From NCBI GenBank assembly GCA_951406725.2, contig OX597833.1, forward strand, positions 1,178,001 to 1,242,000: a stretch of DNA of 64,000 nucleotides. The letters run 5' to 3'. Origin of the DNA: Octopus vulgaris (lineage: Eukaryota). The notes under the pieces are model-generated. The model worked only from the letters and a program-made list of their open reading frames with translations. It was not told the DNA's origin and did not search any database. Below are positions 14,858-29,477 of this stretch, in pieces (positions within the stretch are counted from its first letter, which is position 1; each line of letters opens with the position of its first letter). A program made the position numbers and the translations under genes.

Positions 14858-15640
14858 ATTTTTTTATTACCCTCAAGGGGTTAAACATAGAGGGGACAAA
14901 CAAGGACAGACAAACGTATTAAGTCGATTATATCGACCCCATTGCGTAACTGGTACTTAATTTATCGACCCTGAAATGATGAAAGGCAAAGTCGACCTCG
15001 GTGGAATTTGAACTCAGAACGTAGCGACAGACGAAATACCTATTTCGTTACTACCCACAAGGGGCTAAACACAGAGGGGACAAACAAGGACAGCCAAACG
15101 GATTAAGTCGATTACATCGACCCTAGTGCGTAACTGGTACTTAATTTATCGACCCCAAAATGATGAAGGGCAAAGTCGACCTCGGTGGAATTTGAACTCA
15201 GAACGTAGCGACAGACGAAATACCTATTTCGTTACTACCCACAAGGGGCTAAACACAGAGAGGACAAACAAGGACAGAAAAACGGATTAAGTCGATTACA
15301 TCGACCCTAGTGCGTAACTGGTACTTAATTTATCGACCCCGAAATGATGAAGGGCAAAGTCGACCTCGGTGGAATTTGAACTCAGAACGTAGCGACAGAC
15401 GAAATACCTATTTCGTTACTACCCACAAGGGGCTAAACACAGAGGGGACAAACAAGGACAGACAAAGGGATTAAGTTGATTACATCGACCAGAGCGCGTA
15501 ACTGGTACTTAATTTATCAACCCCGAAAGGATGAAAGGCAAAGTCGACCTCAGCGGAATTTGAACTCAGAACGTAACGGCAGACGAAATACGGCTACACA
15601 TTTCGCCCGGCATGCTAACGGTTCTTCCAGTTCGCCGCCT
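14858..15640 (-). mobile_element. SINE family B tandem array: one head plus four 184-bp units
   Basis: Junction gaaatacc|tatttc recurs at 15040, 15224 and 15408; the head occurs only at 15591-15640. Confidence 0.9.
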
Positions 15641-15793
15641 TCTTTAGTAGTTAATAAATCGTATGTTAAACCCCTGGTAGTTTGCCGTTTGCACATACGA
15701 GGAGGGGACTGAAGTGTTTCTGGTTTTAACTGTTTCGCGAAAGTTCTGGCTGGAGGCCCAACACCCCGAGTTATGTGTGCAAATATGTCTGCA

Positions 15794-15850
<57 letters not shown>

Positions 15851-15873
15851 TGCTTTCCTTCCTACTGTCTTGT

Positions 15874-16283
15874 ACTCTTTTACTTGTTTCAGTCATTTGA
15901 CTGCGGCCAAGCTGTAGCACCACCTTTAGTCGATCAAATCGACCCCAGGACTCATTCTTTGGAAGCCCAGTACTTATTCTATCGGTCTCTTTTGCCGAAC
16001 CGCTAAGTGATGGGGACGTAAACACACCAGCATCGGTTGTCAAACGATGTTGGGGGTACAAACACAGACACACAAACATATAAGCACACACACACACACA
16101 CACACATATACATATATACGACGGGTTTCTTTCAGTTTCCGTCTACCAAATCCACTCACAAGGCGTTGGTCGTCCCAAGGCTATAGTAAAAAACACTTGC
16201 TCAAAGTGCCACGCAGTGGGACTGAACCCGGAACTATGTGGTTAGTAAGCGAGCTACTTACCACACAGCCACTCCTACGCCTA
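15874..16283 (-). mobile_element. SINE family A, full length
   Basis: Complete head to tail; matches other copies. Confidence 0.9.
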
Positions 16284-16671
16284 TACATATATATGTAAAC
16301 GTTATATGATCGTTTTCGAATAACCGAGATGGCCATATTTGAACACCTGATTATTTAAGCAAACACTAAAGCAAAAGTACTAAATTGATTGTTAAAGTGT
16401 CTGTATATTGGTATTCAGCTACTTCAAGGCAGCAATTTTCTCAGAATCTATCTACACACACTCACCCCACTTGCGCACGCGCTCAGGTGCGCACACGTGC
16501 ACATACACCAAACCACACACAAAAACCAGCAGCATCGTAGGTATATATACATGCATGTGTGTGTGTGTGCGTGGGCGCGTATGTATATATATATATATAC
16601 ACATTTACACACATTCAGAGGCACAAACACATGCACACTCACATATATTACATATGCACACTTAGGCATAT

Positions 16672-16794
<123 letters not shown>

Positions 16795-16945
16795 GCATAT
16801 ATATATATATATATATATAAATGTATATATGCATATATATATATATATGTATAAATATATATATATGTATGTATATAAATATATGTATATATATATATAT
16901 GTATGTATATATATATACATATATATATATGTATATATGTATATA

Positions 16946-17009
<64 letters not shown>

Positions 17010-17073
17010 TGCAGCGTGGAAGGTGTTTGTAAGCCACTTTAAAATTTGAATTTAATTTGCCAAAATATATATG

Positions 17074-17110
<37 letters not shown>

Positions 17111-17116
17111 ATACAG

Positions 17117-17560
<444 letters not shown>

Positions 17561-18043
17561 CTCTTGCGCTGATGTATATGTGTTTGTGTGTCTGTCTGTG
17601 TGTGTGTGTGTGTGTGTGTGCGTGTGTGTGTGTTTGTCTATGTGTGTGTGTGTAAGTGTGTATGTATCTGTGTTTCTCTCCCAACACTGCTTAATGCCAA
17701 ACAGAAGAATATATTTCCTATCACCTAAATAGGATTGCATTGAAAAATGCATAACGAATGGTAAAGATTTAATCATTAACGGGTAATTCAATTAAAACAA
17801 TCCTTGATTTAAAAATATATCTTTATTGATTAACATAGAGCAGGAAATAAATGATAAAGTAATTATAAATTTAATATGATTAGTAAGAAAATGAAAGAAT
17901 GGCATTCTCAGGAACAAAAGTGGTCGTTGCATATTCTTCTCCTGGAATTGATGAAACAATGAGAGCAGCCAGGGACAGGGGAATTGTTTAAGAGATAAGA
18001 CGATTCCTTTCTCTGTCTAGCTAACTAGCTTTGTGTCTGTCTG

Positions 18044-18091
<48 letters not shown>

Positions 18092-18235
18092 CCTACCTAC
18101 CTACTTATATACCTACCTACCTACCTCTCTCTGTCTCTCTCTCTTTATATATATATATATACATATATATCTTTATTATTCTATATTTCTACCTTTCTAT
18201 CTCTCTATCTATCTATCTGTCTAACTATATCTATC

Positions 18236-18319
<84 letters not shown>

Positions 18320-18497
18320 GTCTGTCTATCTGTCTATCTATCTATCTATCTAACTGTCTGTCTGTCTGTCTATCTCTTTATTTGTCTTTCTTTCTATCTA
18401 TCTTTCTCTCTCTCCCTCTCTCACTCTTTCTCTCACTCTCTCTCAGAAACCATGAGAGCCACTGCCTGGTACTGCATTATTATAATCGTCATCATCA

Positions 18498-18550
<53 letters not shown>

Positions 18551-18554
18551 ATTA

Positions 18555-18613
<59 letters not shown>

Positions 18614-18659
18614 GTTATTATTATTCGTTTCCTAAGCCCATAATAAACTCTTTAGAGAA

Positions 18660-18786
18660 TTTTGAGTCTGGTACCTATTCTATCGGTTTCTCTCTTGACG
18701 AACCGCTGTGTTATGCAAATATCCACAAGCCACATCGGATTGCGAATGACAAAACTAAAACAAACACTAACGAACAAACGGGCAAG

Positions 18787-18820
<34 letters not shown>

Positions 18821-18970
18821 TATCCATGTTGATGTTCGGGTATGTATACGATGATCTTCCTTACAGTTTCCATCTACCAATTTCACTAACTGGGCATCGG
18901 TCATCCCAGGATTACAGTAGGAGGAAGTCGCTCAATGTGTCCCTCATGGGGATTGAAACTCAAACAGCAC
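18660..18970 (-). mobile_element. Degenerate SINE family A
   Basis: ctggtacctattctatcgg...cagtttccatctaccaa...gggattgaa motifs in family A order. Confidence 0.6.
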
Positions 18971-19099
18971 TTCATCTCTACGATTTCGATGAGAAGGACA
19001 AATTTAGCCTCGGTTTCATTTGGGCGCAAAACATAAATACTTGCATGGAAATGCGACATTTTGTTCGACGCACAATACAGTCTGTCAGTGACATCGTCA

Positions 19100-19358
19100 A
19101 CAATCGTCATCGTTGTCGTCGTCGTCGTCATCGTAGCCGCTATTGTTATCAACATTGCCATCATGATTATGATCATCATCATCATCATCGTCATCATCAT
19201 CATGATCTTTATCATCATCATTATCATCACCGTCATCATCGTCATCATCATCGTCATCATCATCATCAACATCGACATCGTCGTTATCGCCGTCATCATC
19301 AAGATCAACGGCATCATCACAATCATCGTCATCATCATCGTCATCATCATCATCATCC

Positions 19359-19393
<35 letters not shown>

Positions 19394-19496
19394 GTCGTCG
19401 TCGTCGTCGTCGTTATCATCATCGACATCGACATCGTCGTTATCGTCGTCATCATCAAAATCAACGGCATCATCACAATCATCGTCATCATCATCG

Positions 19497-19552
<56 letters not shown>

Positions 19553-19788
19553 GTCGTCGTCGTTATCATCATCGACATCGACATCGTCGTTATCGTCGTC
19601 ATCATCAAAATCAACGGCATCATCACAATCATCGTCATCATCATCGTCATCATTATCATCACAATCATCGTCATCATCATCGTCATCATTATCATCATCA
19701 TCATCATTATTATCAATATCAACGTCATCGCTATCGTCACCGTTAACGCCATCATCATCATTATCCTCAACCTCATTAACATCGTCAT
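19100..19788. repeat. (CAT/CGT)n microsatellite with three ~150-bp higher-order units
   Basis: catcgacatcgtcgttatcg...atcaacggcatcatcacaat repeats near 19270, 19427 and 19577. Confidence 0.85.
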
Positions 19789-20028
19789 CATTCTCTGGAA
19801 CAATTCTCTGTACAAAACCAAATATATAGCACCCTAGGCATAACACCAACATGAATTTCTAACTTTTTCTTATGGTTTCTTAAACATTCTCTGGAACAAT
19901 TCTCTGTACAAAACCAAATATATAGCACCCTAGGCATAACACCAACATGAATTTCTAACTTGTGTCTTGAGGTCTCTGGGTGAGACTTGGAGCCAACTTG
20001 TACAAATACAAAACAAAAGTCAAACATA

Positions 20029-20030
<2 letters not shown>
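19789..20030 (+). mobile_element. R4/Dong-type LINE 3' UTR fragment (family 2) with a 5' ~76-bp duplication
   Basis: Homologous to 21760-21908 (ctaggcataaca...ttgaggtctc...gggtgagacttggagccaac...aaagtcaaacata); followed by (TAA)n. Confidence 0.75.
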
Positions 20031-20114
<84 letters not shown>

Positions 20115-20121
20115 CAACAAC

Positions 20122-20183
<62 letters not shown>

Positions 20184-20184
<1 letters not shown>

Positions 20185-20703
20185 TTGCTCTCATGGCTTC
20201 TGTTCTTAACTGATTGGAAGTGTTATCAGGTACATTATTTTGTCTTTGTATTAAAAGATGCACCACAGCAAGTATTCTGCTCAATACCACAGATTTGCTT
20301 GTCAGTTGCTTGACCTTAACTAGTTGAGCGTGTCCCTTAATGGCTGACGATATGTGCATTTCTGCATTTCTGATCACGAGCAGAAGTAGTGAGGTAGAAT
20401 AATAGCCATGTTTTGAGAGGAATTGTTTAGAGTTTGTATAATTCGACTCTGGAAACATGGGTGTTTCGTTCAACATCCTTAAACAACCCTTATTTAAGGA
20501 TCATTTGAGCGCGATGGGCTACTCTGCCCGAGGAAAATTCTAACTGAGCCCCATCTTCAAGGTCATGTGTTGTCTAACTTAATAGATCACCATGTCGGGC
20601 ACCTATGGTTGTGAGCCATGTGCTTGGTGTACCTTTGGATATACTGTGCTTCGTATATTCGTGCCCCAGTGCCACTTTGATGGCATTACTGCTCTCCTAC
20701 ACA
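20184..20703 (+). mobile_element. (TAA)n-embedded non-coding element D, older copy
   Basis: Colinear with 22396-22950; (TAA)n on both sides. Confidence 0.8.
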
Positions 20704-20724
20704 AGGATGATAATAATGATGATG

Positions 20725-20791
<67 letters not shown>

Positions 20792-20795
20792 CAAC

Positions 20796-20872
<77 letters not shown>

Positions 20873-20874
<2 letters not shown>

Positions 20875-21400
20875 GAAAAAAGATGGTATAGGCACACACC
20901 AGAAAAGGTCACAGAAAACGAGAAAGCAACCATACTCTGGGATATGTCGATACACACAGATAGAGAAATTAAGGCCAACAGACCAGATATAGTTGTCAGA
21001 GACCATGAAGAAAAAAATGCTTTCTAATTGATGTATCAGTACCGGCAGATGACAACGTGTCTCTAAAAGAAATGGAGAAACTCTCAAAATACAAAGACCT
21101 GGAAATAGAGGTAACTCGAATGTGGAATCTAAAAACAGAAACAATTCCTATCATAGTAGGTGCATTAGGCATGATAAAAAAATATTCAGACAAATACATA
21201 ACAAAAACACCAGGACTTACAAACACATATAACATACAGAAAATTGCACTACTAGGCACTGCACACATCCTACGCAGAACACTTTCCATACAATAACCAT
21301 CAGAGCATCACAACAAATCACAGCACATGCCCAAGGCACACAGAGCTGCGCTCGGTAGTGAAGTGAAAGCACGCTATAAAAATAAAAATAAAACTACTGA
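20873..21400 (+). mobile_element. R4/Dong-type non-LTR retrotransposon 3' end (restriction-like endonuclease), family 1
   Basis: WYRHTPEKVTEN..ILWD..TDREIKANRPDIVV / LIDVSVP..KLSKYKDLEIE..PIIVGALG..QKIALLGTAHILR*; frameshift in the A-run near 21015; (TAA)n on both sides. Confidence 0.9.
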
Positions 21401-21420
21401 ATAATAATAATAATAATAAT

Positions 21421-21907
21421 ACAGACAGAAAGATAGATGCAAATAGGCCAGACATCATAGTGAAAGACTTCAAAGAACATGCCTCCTCATTGATATGACT
21501 GTCTCAATCAATATAAACGTATCTGTCATGACCTACCAAAAACTGAGCAAATATAAAGATCTTGAAATAGAAATCAGCAAAATGTGGAAGCTGAAGACTA
21601 AAACAATACCTGTTGTCATAGGTGCCCTGGGAATGATAGCGAAAGGGACTGATTGCTACCTAACTCAGATACCAGGAAACCTCAAAATGGCAGAAATTCA
21701 AAATATTCTCTATGTAATCCCAAGGTTTAAAACAAAAGTTTCTTTGTTTTTTTTTGTATTAGACATTCACTGGTACAACACAAAAAAACCCAAATATATG
21801 GCACACTAGGCATAACAACAACGTGAACTTCCAACCTGTTGTCTCTTGAGGTCTCCGGGTGAGACTTGGAGCCAACTGGTACAGACATAAAGCAAAAGTC
21901 AAACATA

Positions 21908-21908
<1 letters not shown>
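21421..21908 (+). mobile_element. R4/Dong-type non-LTR retrotransposon 3' end, family 2
   Basis: TDRKIDANRPDIIVKD / LIDMTV..KLSKYKDLEIEISKMWKLKTKTIPVVIGALG; 3' UTR differs from family 1; (TAA)n on both sides. Confidence 0.85.
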
Positions 21909-21979
<71 letters not shown>

Positions 21980-22395
21980 TAATAATAATGATAATAGTAA
22001 CAATGATTTCAAATTTTGGCGGGATTTGAACTCAGAAAGTAAGATGCCGGAATAAACGCTGCAATGTATTTCGTCCGTCGTGTCTACTACCCTGCCAATT
22101 CCGTTGCTCTAATGACGGTGATAATAATAACGATAGTGGCGGTGATTATGATGATGATGGTGATGATGATGATGACGACGACGACGACGACGACGATGAT
22201 GATGACGTCAACGACGACGACGACGACGATGATGATGGTGGCTAATGAAGACGATGACGACGACAATGATGATGATGATGATGACGACGACGATGATTGC
22301 GACGACGATGAAGATGAGTATGATGATAATGATGGAGATGTCACTAACAACAACAACAACAACAACAACAAGAACAATAATAATAATAATAATAA

Positions 22396-22950
22396 TGCCC
22401 TGATGCAGTACCAGGCAGTGGCTCTCATGGCTTCTGATCTTAACTGATTGGAAGTGTTATCATGTACATTGTTTTGTCTTGGTATAAAAGATGGGCTACA
22501 GCAAATATTCTGCTCAATACCACAGATTTGCTTGTCAGTTGTTTGCCCTTAACCAGTTGAGCATGACCCTTAGTGGCTGACGACATGTGCCTCTCTGATC
22601 ACGAGCAGAAGTAGTGGGGGAGCATCATAGCCATGTGTTGAGAGGGATTCTTTGGGGCTTGAATAATTCACCTCTGGAAACATGGGTGGTTCTTTCAACA
22701 TCCTTAAACAACTCTTATTCAGGGACCTTTTGAGCGGGATGGGCTACTCAACCTGAAGAAATTTCTAACTGGGCCCCACCTGCAAGGTCATGTGCTGTTT
22801 ATCTTGATATGAGATCACCATGTCGCGCACATATGGTTGTGATGCATGTGCCTGGTGTACCCTTATCAGACGGGTAGTCATGATGGGTATATTGGGCTTC
22901 GTATATTTTACCCCAATGTCACTTTGATGGCATGAACTGCTCTCTCACTC
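22396..22950 (+). mobile_element. (TAA)n-embedded non-coding element D, apparently full length (~555 bp)
   Basis: Starts gccctgatgcagtaccaggcagtggctctcatgg and ends gctctctcactc-(AAT)n; its head also occurs at 18445-18477 on the minus strand next to (TTA)n. Confidence 0.85.
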
Positions 22951-23057
<107 letters not shown>

Positions 23058-23589
23058 TAATAATAATAATAATAATAATAATGATAATAGCAATAACAAT
23101 AAGAAGAAAGCAGCAGAAATAGAGAGCGTAGGAGATAGGCAAGAATTGTCTTGATGCAAATAACGGTAGACCTTAATTACTGGAAGGTCAGATAATTTCT
23201 AATATTAGACGAGTTGATTTATGCAACTTAACGAGCTAAAGAGTTCAATAATCGCAGACAGCTATAAACACCTCTGCCGTCACACAGAGTCAACCCGAGC
23301 GCCACATTCGGACACGTATTAAGAAAGACGCGAAGACACAAACGCATATGTGAAAAACAAAAACACAAACATATACGCAAATTGAATAAAGAAATATATA
23401 TATTTTTAAAAATAAAACCACGTTTTTGTGTGTTTAAGTGTCTTCAGTAATGAAAGACGAAAGTGTGATAGAATTAAAATTGGTTATAATGTAATTTTCT
23501 TTCTTTTGTTTATAGAGACCACCCTCTCTTCTACACCCCCTTCTCATCCACAATATACACACATACATTGTATATGCGCATATGTGCAT

Positions 23590-23703
<114 letters not shown>

Positions 23704-23899
23704 CATATATATACGCATATATTATACATTGTAATATATATATATAGAGAGAGATATAGATATAGATATATACACACATATACATATATACATATATATA
23801 CATATATATACGCATATATTATACATTGTAATATATATAGAGAGAGAGAGAGATATAGATATAGATATATACACACATATACATATATACATATATAGG

Positions 23900-23953
<54 letters not shown>

Positions 23954-24068
23954 AGATATATATTTAAGATAGAATACACGGTGTATATGACACATACGCA
24001 TACGCTCTCTCTATTTATCTATCACTGTCTTCCTCTCTCTCTCTCCTTCCCTCCCTCTCAATCTTTGT

Positions 24069-24110
<42 letters not shown>

Positions 24111-24138
24111 TATATATATGTGTGTGTGTACGTATAAG

Positions 24139-24171
<33 letters not shown>

Positions 24172-24632
24172 TCATATATATATTTATATATATATACATA
24201 TATATATACATACATATATATGTATATATGTATAAGATATATGTGTGTGTGTGTGTGCGTGTGTGTCTGTCTGTGTGTGCATGCGTATATGCGTGTGTGT
24301 ATGTGTGTATGTGCCTGTGTGTGAGTATGTGAATGTGAGTTCGCGTTTGTGTGTGTATAATTGTAAATACGTATGGCTATATATACATATATATACTTAT
24401 CCACAGATACGCACGTACACACATATATACGAGTATTTGTTTTTTTAAGTTTGTTGATTCAGTTTATTAGAGTCTGAATTTCCTGATTTTCATGTATATA
24501 TACACACACACACAAACACACAAACACACATACACACACACATATATATATGCTTACTTGCACACAAATATATACATATATATAAATGCATACATATACA
24601 TGTACTATATGTTTGTACATATACATACAAAC

Positions 24633-24769
<137 letters not shown>

Positions 24770-24770
24770 A

Positions 24771-24826
<56 letters not shown>

Positions 24827-25405
24827 ATATATACATATATACACACACACATAAAGACATATATACCATATATACATACGTATGACTACGTATATGCACA
24901 CACACGCAAAGGCGCACATATATACACATATATAGTTATGTGTATGTGTATTGTCTAGTTCTGTAGCTTACCATCGCCATTTCGGTTTTAGTTTTTGAAT
25001 ATTTTATATTTTCACTTGTTTTTTTTATGGGGGGGAGCATCTTTGTTTTGTTTTTTGCTTTATTCTAGTTTTTTCTCAGTCTCGTCATTCAATTTTTGTT
25101 TTTATTTATGACTTCTTTCAACCAATAAATTGTCCATTTATATAATATTAATAGACTCTTTTGAATAATTTTGCATCTTATTATATCCATTGCTTCACAT
25201 TTATCTCTGCCAATTACAAAACGTCGCAGCTAGACACAGCAATCTTCAACAACGATGGTGGTTACTTTAGCCTTAACATCTTATCTCACAATCACTCTTG
25301 TATCTGTGTTTAAATATAAAGCTGCGAATTAAATGCACCGCTAGGGTAACAAATATATTATTCTGTGCCGTCTCTAATAACGATAGTGATACTTTAAGAA
25401 GATAT

Positions 25406-25814
25406 ACTCTTTACTCTTTTACTTGTTTCAGTCATTTGACTGCGGCCATGCTGGAGCACCGCCTTTTTTAGTCGAGCAAATCGACCCCGGGACTTATTCT
25501 TTGTAAGCCCAGTACTTATTCTATTGGTCTCTTTTGCCTAACCGCTAAGTGACGGGGACGTAAACACACCAGCATCGGTTGTCAAACAATGCTAGGGGGA
25601 CAAACACAGACACACAAACACATATATATATATATATATATACATATATACGACAGGCTTCTTTCAGTTTCCATCTACCAAATCCACTCACAAGGCATTG
25701 GTCAGCCCTGGGCTATAGTAGAAGACACTTGCCCAAGATGCCACGCAGTGGGACTGAACCCGGAACCATGTGGTTGGTTAGCAAGCTACTTACCACACAG
25801 CCACTCCTGCGCCT
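25406..25814 (-). mobile_element. SINE family A, full length
   Basis: Complete head and (gtaaaaga) tail. Confidence 0.9.
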
Positions 25815-25973
25815 ATTAAAATCTTTCTTGTAAAAGGTTGCGTAAAAGATTTTCTTCGGATCTTCACTGGTGACATTTGGTAACTTGTACCCTATGTCTT
25901 GCTATGAATTAGATACAACTTTTGGTGCAGTCGTTGCAGAGCTGTTTATTCTTTATTTTGGTATGTGATATAT

Positions 25974-26102
25974 AGGTGCAGGAGTGGCTGTGTGGTAAGT
26001 AGCTTGCTTACCAATCACATGTGTCTTCTAGTGCAACCTCGGGCTGACCAAAGCCTTGTGATTGGATTTGGTAGACGAAAACTGAAAGAAGCCCGTTGTA
26101 TG

Positions 26103-26162
<60 letters not shown>

Positions 26163-26350
26163 TATTTCTGTGTCTGTGTCTGTGTTTGTCCCCCAACATC
26201 GCTTGACAACCGATGCTGGTTTGTTTACGTCCCCGTAACTTGGCTGTCCGGCAAAAGAGACCGATATAATAAGTACTAGGCTTACAAAGAATAAGCTGGT
26301 GCTCCAGCATGGCTGCAGTCAAATGACTGAAACAAATAAAAGAATAAAAT
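25974..26350 (+). mobile_element. SINE family A with internal deletions
   Basis: Head ggagtggctgtgtggtaag, tail gactgaaacaaataaaaga. Confidence 0.85.
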
Positions 26351-26359
26351 AATATAAAC

Positions 26360-27735
26360 ATTCATGGTTTATTTTTTATTTTACAGCTTTGATGAGTGGT
26401 GGAAATATTGCAGCTAGAGCAATTTTACGCTAGCTTTGGAAAAGGAAATTAAGGATGTGGAAGACCCAGGAATTATCAATGAGCGTGAGGCACAAAATTG
26501 GTTGAGACGTTTCAGGAATGATGACACCAGCCTCGAAGACAAACCAAAGTCAGGGAAAACTTCTGTTGTGGAACATAAGGCCTTGCTTGAAATAGTTGAA
26601 CAACAACCAAGCACCAGCGCTCGTACATTGTCGGCAGCACTTGGTCCTTCACAAACTACTATCAATTGATTCCGCCATAGCTCAGCCATGTGAACAAACG
26701 CTGTCGAGAAGTTCCCCGTGAACGGACCTATGATTATTCTCAACGACAAATGAACATTTGAGAAAAACTGTTGACAAATCCTCCAGGTGCCCGTTTTTGA
26801 CGTCGAATGGTTACTGGAGATGAAAAATGGTGACTGGAGATGAAAAATAATCCTTATAGGACAAATCGGTTGCTTCAAAACCTGTTGACAAATAACGACT
26901 GTTTGAACATCTTTATATATAAAAGAGAAGTTGAGTGTCTGTCTCCTACGATTTAGATTCCTAACTACTCCCAGATTTTGCGGTGCAGTTTAACCAAACC
27001 CGGGTATCTTATAGTCGTGATTCATATCGAGCTCTTCTGGGTATTAGCGCGCGTCTACGATGAGTCTACGATTTTAAAAATAATTTACCATAATTTTTTT
27101 CCATTTTAATACATTTTTTCGCCATTATAAGGGAAGTAACTCTCTAAAAATGTCTACGATGAGTCAACGATTTTTAAAAAAATTTACCATAATTTTTTTT
27201 TCCATTTTTAATGCATTTTTTGCTATTTTTTGGCTATAACTCTCTAAAAATGCTTATATAGTTATTTCCCTTACAAACCCGAGCAACGCCGGGCGATACT
27301 GCTAGTGAGGTATAAATGTATGTTTGGTAGAGTTCTTGTGTTGCACTTTGTGATCATACTCGGAAGAGTAAGCTTTGTGTTCAAGAACCACAGCCAGCAT
27401 ACGATGTGTTGAAAACCTGCCACTTGGCATTAGTCAATCGAAAATGCGCCCTCCCACAGCATGACACTGTCCCAGCTCACACTGCCGATATGACTCAGCA
27501 AAAGCTTGAAGAACCCGAGGGGCTGGAAGTGATACAATCACTAAGCCTACAATCCATGACTGGTAACATCAGAGTACCACTTTTCCCGAGCCATTGCTCA
27601 TTTCTTGAATGGACAGAGGATCGACAATGCGGATCGGTTACAGAATATTTTTGCCTCTAATCCTTACAATTGTTGCAAACGTGTAGAGTTTCTACTACAA
27701 CGAAGGGAACAGACAGCAGAATATGATAGGATATA
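26360..27735 (+). mobile_element. Decayed mariner transposase interrupted by a Helitron
   Basis: HTH region AQNWLRRFRNDDTSLEDKPKSG, RMVTGDEKW at ~26805, LVNRKCALPQHDTVPAHTA at ~27430, C-terminal RREQTAEYDRIY. Confidence 0.85.
26910..27305 (+). mobile_element. Non-autonomous Helitron
   Basis: 5' TC (tctttatatataaa), 3' hairpin cccgagcaacgccggg then CTAG, inserted between A and T with no TSD. Confidence 0.85.
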
Positions 27736-27915
27736 CTGTTGTGTCTGGGGAGAGTCATTTTCTTTTTGTGCCTTATTATGTAACACACTCACCGGTAAAA
27801 TTTCCACATATTTCTTATTTTAGGACAATAAAATAAGAAATAAGTGGAAATTTTACCGCTGAGTGTGTTATATAATAAGGCACAAAATGAAAATGACTCT
27901 TCCCAGATACAACAG
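27736..27915. mobile_element. Palindromic MITE (180 bp)
   Basis: ~86-bp arms ctgttgtgtctggggagagtcatt... and ...aatgactcttcccagatacaacag; TA on the left flank. Confidence 0.8.
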
Positions 27916-28370
27916 AATATGCTTCAACACAAACCAAATCCAAAAACGAAATATGATAGAATATATATTTTGATGAATAAACGCTTTCTGTATACAGTTC
28001 GTTCGAACTATTTATTAAAGCTTGTAATATGGGAAACACATTGGACTCAATCACGCTTTTTGTTTAATCAACTTTAAATATGAATAAGTGCGAATTAGGA
28101 CTGGTAGAGCATCGGATAAATTACTCTGTGCACCGCTAATAACAATAGTAGTACATTTAGCTTTTACACGACATCTCTCCCTAGCTAAGTACATCTAGCA
28201 TTTAATAGATGCCAGCATGAGGATCACAGAATCACTCTTGTAGTTTGTTTGCTTATTTTTAAATAGGGGTAAGTGTGCGAATCAATATAACCCTTAGGGC
28301 ATCGGATAAAATGTATTTTGTCCGAAACTCTGGCCCACTCTCTATTAAAGAATATGATAATGCAAGTATT

Positions 28371-28755
28371 GTGGAGGCGCAATGGCCCAGTGGTTAGGGC
28401 AGCGGACTCGCGGTCGTAGGATCGCGGTTTCGATTGCCAGACCGGGCGTTGTGAGTGTTTATTGAGCGAAAACACCTAAAAGCTCCACAAGGCTCCGGCA
28501 GGGGATGGTGGTAATCCCTGCTGTACTCTTTCGCCACAACTTTCTCTCACTCTTTCTTCCTGTTTCTGTTGTACCTGTATTTCAAAGGGCCGGCCTTGTC
28601 ACTCTCTGTGTCACGCTGAATATCCCCGAGAACTACGTTAAGAGTACACGTGTCTGTGGAGTGCTCAGCCACTTACACGTTAATTTCACGAGCAGGCTGT
28701 TCCGTTGATCGGATCGACCGGAACCCTCGTCGTCGTAACCGACGGAGTGTTTCCA
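28371..28755 (+). mobile_element. SINE family C, tail type 1
   Basis: tRNA-like head; tail ...cgtcgtcgtaaccgacggagtg; atgcaagtatt at 28360 and 28757 is a TSD-like direct repeat. Confidence 0.9.
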
Positions 28756-29148
28756 ATGCAAGTATTAATTTCTTATCTCTTTGCTACTTACATCTGACAC
28801 TTAATTCTCCGTTACTTACCTCTAATAGCAGAAGTCGTACCTAGATCCTTAACACCTGACCTCACGCTTGATATCTACATCAAGCATTTAATAGGTACCA
28901 GATTAGCATAAAGAGCACAGGATCACTATCATATTTAGTGGAATAAATTGGTCTGTTCTGTTAATATCTTATAGCGATGGTGGTACAATTAACAATAACA
29001 CCTTATCTCACGATGCTAATTACATCTAGCGTTAAATAGTTAAAAACATCAGCTGCCCAAATACACATATTCATGCACAAACACAGACGCACACGTGTAT
29101 ATATATATTGTAAGCGTGTATACTTGTATGAGTGTATATATATATATA

Positions 29149-29453
29149 TCACCGTGACCGACCAGGCTATCAGATGTTGCTACACATCGCTGGTCACAAT
29201 GCGCTTCGCATTGTTTTTAGCCTCCAAATGACGCGCCACCCTGCTGGCTAAGCGAGCAGGCCAACAGAAGAAAGAGGGAGAGAAAGTTGTGACAAAAGAG
29301 TACAGCAGGGATCGCCACCACCCCCTGCCGGAGCCTCGTGGATATTTAGGTGTTTTCGCTCAACAAACACACACAACACCCGGTCTGGCAATCGAAACCG
29401 CAATCCTACAACCGCGAGTCTACTGCCCTAACCACTAGGCCATTGCGCCTCTA
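29149..29453 (-). mobile_element. SINE family C, tail type 2
   Basis: Matches 3801-4113. Confidence 0.85.
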
Positions 29454-29477
29454 CATATATATATATATATATATATA

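Noticed and set aside
14858-15640. Regular repeat array resembling CRISPR
   Set aside because: 184-bp units with no unique spacers; SINE-derived; eukaryotic context; no cas genes.
18031-19852. 571-aa His/Arg/Tyr-rich ORF and overlapping poly-Asp, poly-Met and poly-Ile ORFs
   Set aside because: Translations of stop-free microsatellites plus a decayed SINE; open in several frames on both strands.
22630-22785. Hammerhead-like words (ccatgt, GAAAC, CTGAAGA) in element D
   Set aside because: No cleavage-site nucleotide or stem II, and not conserved in the second copy.
28371-28446. tRNA-like sequence
   Set aside because: It is a SINE head continuing into SINE body in every copy.
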